This document shows, piece by piece, positions 8,112 to 15,330 of a DNA stretch of 29,771 nt (its first letter is position 1; each line of letters opens with the position of its first letter). Origin of the DNA: a virus (Duplodnaviria > Caudoviricetes); IMG/VR virus record IMGVR_UViG_3300022178_001566, positions 1 to 29,771 of that record, one strand, 5' to 3'. The position numbers were made by a program, and so were the translations under genes. The notes beneath the pieces were generated by a model, which saw only the letters and a program-made list of their open reading frames with translations, did not search any database and was not told the DNA's origin.

Positions 8112-8650
8112 ATAAAGAGATAATATAACAATAGATATGAAGTTAATATACGGAAGCAAATATAGTTTAAGTCTGAATGAGCAGCAACAGATAAAAGAAA
8201 TGGCTGACAAAATAGAATCACAAGGCAGAGATTATTTTAAAAACAATTACAAGATTGACAAATCAATGCGGTTTAGAGATATGAATATTAATGGGTTTGG
8301 TGCTGAACTTGCTTTTTGTAAGTTGTGTAATACAGATTTTGATTCCTCTACAAATGAATCGGAAAATCATTTTAATAAATTTGATACTGTATTAAGAAAT
8401 GGTCTTTCAGTAGATGTAAAAACGACAAAGTACAGAACTGGCAAATTATTAGTAAGACTAGGAAAGGAAAAAAAGAAGGTGGATGTTTACGCTTTGATGA
8501 TTGGGGAATTTCCTAATTATGAATTTAAGGGGTTTGCTTATTACCAAGACATTGTGAATAATGATAACATTATAAAAATTAGAGATGTAAAAACTTACGC
8601 TTTAACACAAGATTTTTTAAAAAAAGAATTACAATTTGAATAAAGACATA
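8107..8650 (+). repeat. 16-bp direct repeat (1 mismatch) at 8107-8122 and 8635-8650
   Basis: TTTGAATAAAGAgATA and TTTGAATAAAGAcATA flank the 8137-8643 gene. Confidence 0.8.
8137..8643 (+). CDS. PD-(D/E)XK restriction-endonuclease-like protein
   Basis: G..AELAF, FD......VDVKTT, DVYAL motifs. Confidence 0.7.
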   Translation: MKLIYGSKYSLSLNEQQQIKEMADKIESQGRDYFKNNYKIDKSMRFRDMNINGFGAELAFCKLCNTDFDSSTNESENHFNKFDTVLRNGLSVDVKTTKYRTGKLLVRLGKEKKKVDVYALMIGEFPNYEFKGFAYYQDIVNNDNIIKIRDVKTYALTQDFLKKELQFE

Positions 8651-8851
8651 GTTGAAGAATTTTATTTCCTTGCGCTTTTAGATATTAGAGAAGGAGTTTC
8701 ATTACAAGAGTTAGAGGACGTGATACAACTCTACGAGGATGTAGAAGATTACGAAGCCTGTGCAGGGATTTTAAAAGCAGTAAACGAAGCAAGATACGAT
8801 ACAATAAACAACTTAATAGAAAAAACAAATGGAGATACTACAAGAGATTAA
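8636..8851 (+). CDS. Small helical protein with UVR-like motif
   Basis: TTG start; YEDVEDYEACAGI.KA. Confidence 0.75.
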   Translation: MNKDIVEEFYFLALLDIREGVSLQELEDVIQLYEDVEDYEACAGILKAVNEARYDTINNLIEKTNGDTTRD

Positions 8852-9302
8852 ACACCTAGTTGAAAAAGAACTACAACTAAACCTAGACAACAAAACACGC
8901 AAAAGAGAATACGTATTCGCTAGAGCAGTTTATTACAGATTATGTAGCGAGTTTACAAAACACTCATTAAACGCAATAGGAGAAACAATAAACAAAGACC
9001 ACGCAACTGTAATACACGGGCTAAAAATATTCAAATCGTTTTTAGATTTCCCTAATATGTATCAAGCTGAAATAAACGCATACGATAACATACACCCTAC
9101 ACTAAAAAAGATTAGTACCGAAATAAAAGAAGAAGCACCTGAAACAATACTGGAAAGATTTGCAAGGGAAAAGCAGGAAATGACAAACGAAAGAAACAAC
9201 AGTATAGAGAAATACAATACACTAAAAGACAAACACAATAAGCTACTCAAATACTTTAGTAAGTTTGAGAAAAACGCTTATGAGAAATACGCTGAACTAT
9301 GA
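8829..9302 (+). CDS. DnaA C-terminal (domain IV) HTH protein with coiled-coil tail
   Basis: TRKREYVFARAVYYRL...SLNAIG....KDHATVIHG signature. Confidence 0.88.
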   Translation: MEILQEIKHLVEKELQLNLDNKTRKREYVFARAVYYRLCSEFTKHSLNAIGETINKDHATVIHGLKIFKSFLDFPNMYQAEINAYDNIHPTLKKISTEIKEEAPETILERFAREKQEMTNERNNSIEKYNTLKDKHNKLLKYFSKFEKNAYEKYAEL

Positions 9303-9394
9303 TAGGAAGTATCTTTTTCTTTTTCTTACTTATTTGGTTTATAACACTAGCATCCATCTGGACTTACTTTGAAGATTACTACAAGGATAAGTAG
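9299..9394 (+). CDS. 31-aa single-TM peptide
   Basis: MIGSIFFFFLLIWFITLASIWTYFEDYYKDK; ATGA coupled. Confidence 0.6.
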   Translation: MIGSIFFFFLLIWFITLASIWTYFEDYYKDK

Positions 9395-9402
9395 TTAGTG
9401 TT

Positions 9403-9429
9403 TAACAAACCGTTATAAATCTTATTGTA
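9403..9429 (+). promoter_or_regulatory. Late motif copy 1 (before terminase)
   Basis: TAACAA-N14-TATTGTA. Confidence 0.8.
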
Positions 9430-9454
9430 TAATTGAATAATCAATCTATTTCAA

Positions 9455-9697
9455 ATGGATAAGAGAATAAACAACGGAGGTGCTAGACAAGGAGCAGGAC
9501 GCAAACCTAAGAGCGAAGAAATTAAATTAGTAGAAAGACTAAGCCCATTAGAAGATGATGCGTTAGCTGCAATGGCAGAGGGTGTAAAGTCAGGAGATAT
9601 TAAATGGATTAAGTTGTACTTGGATTATTATGTTGGAAGACCAAAAGAAACTAAGGATATTACCATTAACGAAGATTTGCCATTATTCTTGGACTAG
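9455..9697 (+). CDS. Terminase small subunit (putative)
   Basis: GGARQGAGRKPK motif; abuts large subunit. Confidence 0.7.
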   Translation: MDKRINNGGARQGAGRKPKSEEIKLVERLSPLEDDALAAMAEGVKSGDIKWIKLYLDYYVGRPKETKDITINEDLPLFLD

Positions 9698-10867
9698 ATG
9701 CGGGTAACTAAAACCAAAGCACTAGGCAAGCTTAGAAAACTAGATAAACGAATTAAGGTTGTTAGAGGTGGAACGTCAGCAGGAAAGACTATATGTATCC
9801 TGCTTATATTGATTGACTACGCTATAAGAAACAAAGGCAAAGAGATTAGTGTAGTAAGTGAAAGCATACCACACCTGCGTAGAGGTGCTTTAAAGGACTT
9901 CTTAGGCATCTTAAAAGGGATGAATAGGTATAAGGATAGCCAGTTCAATAAAAGTACCTTAAAATACACGTTTACAAATGGAAGTTATATTGAGTTCTTT
10001 TCAACCGACCAAGCAGATAAACTTAGGGGAGCAAGAAGAACAGATTTATATATCAATGAGTGTAACAATGTACCCTTTGACGCTTACCAACAATTAGTAG
10101 TAAGAACATCGGGCAATATTTGGTTAGACTATAACCCTGCTTCATTATTTTGGGTTGACAAGGAATTGATAGGAAAAGAAGATACCGACTTTATAACACT
10201 AACCTACAAGGATAATGATTCACTATCAGAAACTATTGTAAGGGAAATAGAGAAAGCAAAAGAGAAAGGTAATACCTCAACCTATTGGGCTAATTGGTGG
10301 AGAGTATATGGACTAGGGGAACTTGGTTCATTAGAGGGTGCTTGTATTCCTGATTGGAAAGAAATTGATACAATCCCTGTCGAAGCTAGACTACTCGGAT
10401 ATGGAATGGACTTTGGATATTCTATTGACCCTACAACTTTAATAGCATTATACAAATGGAATGATGCCTATATATACGATGAGGTTCTTTATAAGAAAGG
10501 GATGCTTAACAGGGATATAAGTAGATTCCTAGATGCAAACGATATAAGAGAAACCATTGTAGCAGATTCAGCAGAACCTAAATCAATTGCAGAACTACAA
10601 CAATACGGACACAATATACACGGTGTAAGTAAAGGCAGGGATTCAGTAGTATATGGAATAAACCTAATGAACCAAAACGAGATATACGTTACAAGCCGTT
10701 CTAAGAACCTTAAAAGAGAATTAGGTGGTTATATATGGGCAAAGGATAAAGAAGGCAATACACTACAAAAGCCAAGCGGTCTACACCCTGACTGTATAGA
10801 TGCTGCACGTTACGTTTTAACTGACCAACTAGAGAACCCAAACAAGGGAGAGTATTTTATTTATTAA
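9698..10867 (+). CDS. terL: Terminase large subunit, PBSX/SPP1-like
   Basis: VRGGTSAGKT, LRG, YINECN, DYNP, GMDFGYS.DP, ADSAEPKSI, DAARY. Confidence 0.97.
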   Translation: MRVTKTKALGKLRKLDKRIKVVRGGTSAGKTICILLILIDYAIRNKGKEISVVSESIPHLRRGALKDFLGILKGMNRYKDSQFNKSTLKYTFTNGSYIEFFSTDQADKLRGARRTDLYINECNNVPFDAYQQLVVRTSGNIWLDYNPASLFWVDKELIGKEDTDFITLTYKDNDSLSETIVREIEKAKEKGNTSTYWANWWRVYGLGELGSLEGACIPDWKEIDTIPVEARLLGYGMDFGYSIDPTTLIALYKWNDAYIYDEVLYKKGMLNRDISRFLDANDIRETIVADSAEPKSIAELQQYGHNIHGVSKGRDSVVYGINLMNQNEIYVTSRSKNLKRELGGYIWAKDKEGNTLQKPSGLHPDCIDAARYVLTDQLENPNKGEYFIY

Positions 10868-10884
10868 AAAAATATTCAAAAAGT

Positions 10885-10914
10885 TTTGTAGTTTATAAAA
10901 TGTTTATATCTTTG
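10885..10914 (+). promoter_or_regulatory. Host-type promoter of accessory island
   Basis: TTTG(10885-88)-N18-TATCTTTG(10907-14). Confidence 0.75.
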
Positions 10915-10929
10915 AACAAAACAAACGAT

Positions 10930-11067
10930 ATGAGTTATTTAGTAGATGAGTACGAAAGTTATTTAAGAAGCATTGGAGATACCGATGACAAGCCCTGCGA
11001 AACTTGTGGGCTACCGACAGAAAAAGAGTTTTGTTCGGGTTTATGTTTTGAAGCATATTTACATTAA
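10930..11067 (+). CDS. 45-aa zinc-finger protein
   Basis: CETCGLP....FCSGLC (CxxC...FCSxxC). Confidence 0.8.
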   Translation: MSYLVDEYESYLRSIGDTDDKPCETCGLPTEKEFCSGLCFEAYLH

Positions 11068-11079
11068 AAACAAATTATT

Positions 11080-11247
11080 ATGAAGATTCAAGAAACACAG
11101 GAGTATCGATTAGTTAAACAATTAACCGCAAAAGAAAACAAGGTTAGATTAATCAAAGCAGCATTTGCTGTAACAACTTTTATGGTTGTAGCCTATGGAG
11201 GTATGATAGCAACAATGGACTTATTGTTATATTTATGGAAGGCTTAA
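11080..11247 (+). CDS. 55-aa membrane protein
   Basis: MKIQETQEYRLVKQL...AAFAVTTFMVVAYGGMIATMDLLLYLWKA. Confidence 0.75.
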   Translation: MKIQETQEYRLVKQLTAKENKVRLIKAAFAVTTFMVVAYGGMIATMDLLLYLWKA

Positions 11248-11468
11248 AACAATGGCAAATCAATAAGGCTTGTTGGGAACAAAAGTTCTTTGTAGTTCAG
11301 CGACCAATGGGAATAGGATGGTCTAAGAAACCTTTTCCTGTACAGCTGATAATGGATATGCAAGGACAATTAAAACTAGGGAAAGACAGCTACGAACAGA
11401 ACAGCAAAGCCTTAGAAGAAAAAATTAATGAAATGTATTTGTATATGTACAAAAGATTTGTATCTTAG
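11235..11468 (+). CDS. Hypothetical protein
   Basis: 77-aa ORF overlapping the previous gene. Confidence 0.8.
   Translation: MEGLKQWQINKACWEQKFFVVQRPMGIGWSKKPFPVQLIMDMQGQLKLGKDSYEQNSKALEEKINEMYLYMYKRFVS
11438..11468 (+). promoter_or_regulatory. Host-type promoter at the end of the 11235 ORF
   Basis: TTTG(11438-41)-N19-TATCTTAG(11461-68). Confidence 0.6.
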
Positions 11469-11471
11469 TGA

Positions 11472-11546
11472 AAGATTAGTTTTTGATTTTAGTTTTTTAA
11501 TTAGTAATGCGGAATAGGGAGGTGGAAACACTTCCCTTTTCTTTTT
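11472..11546 (+). ncRNA. Candidate U-rich small RNA (~75 nt)
   Basis: Lies between a promoter motif and a terminator, no credible ORF; composition inverted relative to the A-rich + strand. Confidence 0.45.
11516..11546 (+). terminator. Intrinsic terminator with GAAA tetraloop
   Basis: AGGGAGGTG-GAAA-CACTTCCCT then TTTCTTTTT. Confidence 0.9.
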
Positions 11547-11573
11547 ATACATAATCCACTTAATTTTATTGTA
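11547..11573 (+). promoter_or_regulatory. Late motif copy 2
   Basis: ATACAT-N14-TATTGTA, 5 nt before ATG 11579. Confidence 0.7.
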
Positions 11574-11578
11574 TTAAT

Positions 11579-12241
11579 ATGAGAGTTGAAATAATAGTAC
11601 CAAGCAGCTTAAATGATATTACCCTAGAGCAGTATCAGAAGTTCGAGAAAATAAACACCGAAGACAATGCGGATAGTAACTTCTTACTTCATAAGACCGT
11701 TGAGATATTTTGCAACCTTGAACTAAAGGACATTGCAAAGATTAAATTCTCATCCGTTAGAAGCGTTATAGACGACATAAACAAAGCGTTTGAAACAAAG
11801 AATGAGTTAATACCTACCTTTGAGTTAAATGGCATCACATACGGCTTTATAACAAACCTAGACGATATGACCTTAGGGGAGTATATAGACCTTGACGAGA
11901 ACTTAGGGGATTGGGCTTCTATGCACAAAGCAATGAGAGTACTTTATAGACCGATTAAACTCCAAAAGGGGGATAGGTATCAGATAGAGGAATACGATGG
12001 CTTAAAGGATTCTGATATAATGAAGAAGATGCCACTTGACGTAGTAATGGGTGCAATGGTTTTTTTTTGGAATTTAAACAGCGAACTGCTGGAAACTACC
12101 CTGAACTATTTGAGCAGGGAATTGAAGGAGGACAAGAATACTCATCTACTGCATCATTTGGAAAAAAATGGGGTTGGTATCAAAGCGTCTATGGAATCAC
12201 TAAAGGAGATGTTACCAAGTTTGACGAGGTTACAAGACTAA
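11579..12241 (+). CDS. Putative tail assembly chaperone (0-frame product)
   Basis: First gene of tail operon; contains in-frame slippery T-run. Confidence 0.65.
   Translation: MRVEIIVPSSLNDITLEQYQKFEKINTEDNADSNFLLHKTVEIFCNLELKDIAKIKFSSVRSVIDDINKAFETKNELIPTFELNGITYGFITNLDDMTLGEYIDLDENLGDWASMHKAMRVLYRPIKLQKGDRYQIEEYDGLKDSDIMKKMPLDVVMGAMVFFWNLNSELLETTLNYLSRELKEDKNTHLLHHLEKNGVGIKASMESLKEMLPSLTRLQD
12061..12091 (+). other. Programmed -1 frameshift signal
   Basis: T TTT TTT (12061-67) and T TTA AAC (12073-79), both in 0-frame register; small hairpin CAGCG-AAC-TGCTG at 12079-91. Confidence 0.75.
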
Positions 12242-12321
12242 ACGTACACGAGTGCTTAATGTTTTTAGCATTTGAAAAAGAAAAAAACGAACTGGAAAGA
12301 CAGTTAATTAAAAAGCGATGA
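12067..12321 (+). CDS. -1 frame extension of tail chaperone (gpGT-like)
   Basis: Frame opens after TGA 12037-39 with no early ATG; protein-like FGKKWGWYQSVY...LMFLAFEKEK; stop is ATGA-coupled to the next gene. Confidence 0.75.
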   Translation: MEFKQRTAGNYPELFEQGIEGGQEYSSTASFGKKWGWYQSVYGITKGDVTKFDEVTRLNVHECLMFLAFEKEKNELERQLIKKR

Positions 12322-12773
12322 AAGGATTTTACAACATAACCGACAAAATTAAAGATGCATTAAATGCAGAACCATTTGTGAACACAGTTACTTATGGTAG
12401 CCTTGATGATGTGGATTTAAACAAGCAGACAATATTTCCTTTGTCGCATCTTATAGTTAACAATTGTACGGTAGGAACAAACACACTTACTTTCAATATT
12501 AGCATCCTAGCAATGGACGTTGTAGATGAAAGCAAAGAAGAGGTTACAGATGATTTTGTAGGAAACGACAATGAGCAAGATGTATTGAATACACAACTAG
12601 CCGTATTGAATAGAGTTATTGCAATTCTACAACGTGGGGATTTATATACCGAACTTTATCAATTAGAAGGTGGTGTAAGTTGTGAGCCATTTGTAGATAG
12701 ATTTGAAAACAAGTTAGCAGGATGGGCTGCTACATTTGATGTATTGGTACAAAACGATATGACAGTATGCTAA
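12318..12773 (+). CDS. Putative tail terminator/completion protein
   Basis: Size, acidic composition, IFPLSHL...GW...FDV pattern, tail-operon context. Confidence 0.55.
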   Translation: MKGFYNITDKIKDALNAEPFVNTVTYGSLDDVDLNKQTIFPLSHLIVNNCTVGTNTLTFNISILAMDVVDESKEEVTDDFVGNDNEQDVLNTQLAVLNRVIAILQRGDLYTELYQLEGGVSCEPFVDRFENKLAGWAATFDVLVQNDMTVC

Positions 12774-13303
12774 CAAAAGGAAAAACATACGAGGCTTTAA
12801 ATACCTTTAAACAGATAGTAATAAACCAAAGTAGGGCAATGCTAACTAAGAAGGGTAAAAACGTTTCTAAGAAGCTCTTTAATAGTATTGATGGTAAAGT
12901 TACCGTATCTGCCAATTCGATTAACCTTACTTTTGAAATGGAGGATTACGCATACTTTCAGGACTTAGGTGTTAAAGGTGCAAAAACTACATACCCTGAA
13001 ACAGCAAGATATGGAACATTGGCAAAGTTTGGAAGCGGTAAGGGCAAGAAGGGTGGTTTAAGTAATGGTATATTGAAATGGGTAGAAAGTAAACGATTTC
13101 AATTTAAGGATAAGAAAGGAAGGTTTATGAGTTATAAATCTACTGCATTTTTAATTTCACGTTCGATATTTAATAAAGGATTAAAACCTAGTTTGTTCTT
13201 TACACAACCATTCCAAAACGCATTTAAAACATTACCTGACGAATTAATAGAAGCATACGGATTAGACGTAGAGGAATTTCTGAAATTTACACTTAACAAA
13301 TGA
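12767..13303 (+). CDS. Putative neck/tail completion protein (HK97 gp10-like)
   Basis: Basic; L.NSI, Y..FQDLG, AFLISRSI..KG.KP..FF pattern. Confidence 0.6.
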   Translation: MLTKGKTYEALNTFKQIVINQSRAMLTKKGKNVSKKLFNSIDGKVTVSANSINLTFEMEDYAYFQDLGVKGAKTTYPETARYGTLAKFGSGKGKKGGLSNGILKWVESKRFQFKDKKGRFMSYKSTAFLISRSIFNKGLKPSLFFTQPFQNAFKTLPDELIEAYGLDVEEFLKFTLNK

Positions 13304-14178
13304 GTACATTAATAAAAGCTAGAAGCCCATATCATATAAGAACTCAAAACCTTGTAAGTGAACCCGTGCTATTTAATTTAACCTGTCAAGATATTACTAT
13401 AACAGGATTTCAAGTAGATGATGAAGGTGCTATTACAACTCCAACAGCTAAGATAAATGACACTCAAGTAAGTTTAACAATAGACAGCACGTTGCCAACC
13501 AGTTTTGAGCCAACTAATGAAACTACACCAAGAAGTTTGTATTGTACTATGACAGTTCCTAGTGGATATAAAAACACAGGACAAGAAATAGAATGCGTAA
13601 CAACTACATTACAACAAAGACAAGCAGTAGTATTGCAATGTAAAACAATGCGAATCATAAACAACGCTAGTGTTTCAAGGGTTTATAGATATAATGATTG
13701 TGGTAATGTTACAAGAGATGTTACAGTAGCTGCAGGAGCACAGAATTTCACAGATGTTTGTACTCATCCGTTGAGTTATCCACAGCCAATAGATGCAGAA
13801 GCCAATACCACTATTAGTTTTCAGAGTTATGGTTGTACTTTGTTTAGTAACATATTTATTTTAGATAATAACATTTGGGGTGCATTTTCTAGTAGACAAG
13901 CTGCTATTGATGCAGCAACAGAAGAAAATTTTAATCACCCATTATTTAAAACTGAACCATTTTTTAGAGATGCTTTTCCACAGACATCTGCGAATGGATT
14001 AAGACCAGGCACTTTAGTTTCTACAAGTCGAACTAACGAAGGTTTATATGGAGTTTTAGTAGATGGATGGTATGGGTCTTCAAGGCTTATATCAGGAACA
14101 AAAGTGTATTATGCATTTAGAACAGTTGATAGCATTATAGCAGAAGGTGGATTGTTAAACGATGGCACTATATTATGA
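13300..14178 (+). CDS. Virion structural protein, Thr/Cys-rich beta domains
   Basis: 292-aa ORF beginning IKARSPY; tail context. Confidence 0.75.
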   Translation: MSTLIKARSPYHIRTQNLVSEPVLFNLTCQDITITGFQVDDEGAITTPTAKINDTQVSLTIDSTLPTSFEPTNETTPRSLYCTMTVPSGYKNTGQEIECVTTTLQQRQAVVLQCKTMRIINNASVSRVYRYNDCGNVTRDVTVAAGAQNFTDVCTHPLSYPQPIDAEANTTISFQSYGCTLFSNIFILDNNIWGAFSSRQAAIDAATEENFNHPLFKTEPFFRDAFPQTSANGLRPGTLVSTSRTNEGLYGVLVDGWYGSSRLISGTKVYYAFRTVDSIIAEGGLLNDGTIL

Positions 14179-14357
14179 AATTAAACACAAGAAGCCCATT
14201 TTATAGACAGTACACAAAAACAATCACTATTGATAGCGACTACGGTGATGTTATAAATGACACAATTCCCGTAAGTGGTCTTACGGTAGATAACACAAAA
14301 GACGAAAATAGAGTAAGTAACAATTATATAAATTTATCAAATGCCAATACTGAATAG
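14175..14357 (+). CDS. 60-aa virion-associated protein
   Basis: Begins LNTRSPFY like the upstream gene; ATGA coupled. Confidence 0.65.
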   Translation: MKLNTRSPFYRQYTKTITIDSDYGDVINDTIPVSGLTVDNTKDENRVSNNYINLSNANTE

Positions 14358-15330
14358 AGTACAACTAAACATATACGTTTATACAGGAACACAAGGTTCA
14401 TACAATTCAGGAGATTTAAAATATACCCTAAGCAAAGAGCGTATATCCACAGATGAGTATGTAAATTTTGAAATAGCTGAATTGGTTAGGGATTTTATAG
14501 ACTTAGATTTTAATGATGATTATTTAAGTACATCTAAATGGGTTACTACTGTCGCTTATTTATATGACGTTAATGACGACCAGTTTTTGTCTGGCAGTCC
14601 TGTTACTAATCACTATTTAGCTTTAGATGGTTATGGCTATTTTGAGGATGGTATTAATCCACAAACATCAGATAACTGTTTAATAGAAAACAATACTATT
14701 TACTTGCCAGAAGATACTGCGGGAAAGTTACCCATATTTGCAGAAGGGGTTGGAAAGGTAACAATTGATTCAGTAGATACACAAATAACAGATAATGGTA
14801 ACAGCAATCAAAAGATTCAATATGTTACTATACCTGCTAATAGTTCTACAATACAAGTATATGACACAGACGATACCACATTACTAAAAACAGTTTCAGT
14901 AGTAAACGTGTGCGAACCTAAATTCACACCTTACAAAGTTGTTTTTGTAAATAAAAATGGTGCTTACCAAGAAATTTTCGCGTTTAAAAAGAGTGTGGAA
15001 TCTATGAGCGTATCAAGTGAACAATTTAAAACAAATACTATTAATCACAACAGTTTGTCATATGCTACAAATAAAGGTCAAGTAGAAAAATATAATGTAC
15101 GTGCTACAAAAACTTTGCAGCTTAACACGGGTTTTGTAAATGAAGATTTTAACAAGGCAATAGAAGAGTTGTTATTAAGCGAAAATGTTTGGATAAGATG
15201 GGAAAACAAAACTCTTCCTGTAATTGTAAAGACAAGCTCAATGACTTACAAAACATCTTTAAATGACAAACTTATAAACCATACATTGGAGTTTGAATTT
15301 GCATATAATAAGTTAAACAACATTAGATAA
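14341..15330 (+). CDS. Tail tip structural protein (distal-tail-like)
   Basis: FVNKNG, LNTGFV, ELLLSENVW motifs; precedes large tail protein. Confidence 0.6.
   Translation: MPILNRVQLNIYVYTGTQGSYNSGDLKYTLSKERISTDEYVNFEIAELVRDFIDLDFNDDYLSTSKWVTTVAYLYDVNDDQFLSGSPVTNHYLALDGYGYFEDGINPQTSDNCLIENNTIYLPEDTAGKLPIFAEGVGKVTIDSVDTQITDNGNSNQKIQYVTIPANSSTIQVYDTDDTTLLKTVSVVNVCEPKFTPYKVVFVNKNGAYQEIFAFKKSVESMSVSSEQFKTNTINHNSLSYATNKGQVEKYNVRATKTLQLNTGFVNEDFNKAIEELLLSENVWIRWENKTLPVIVKTSSMTYKTSLNDKLINHTLEFEFAYNKLNNIR

Noticed and set aside
13776-13784. Perfect DnaA box TTATCCACA
   Set aside because: Single copy inside a CDS with no cluster; plausible by chance.
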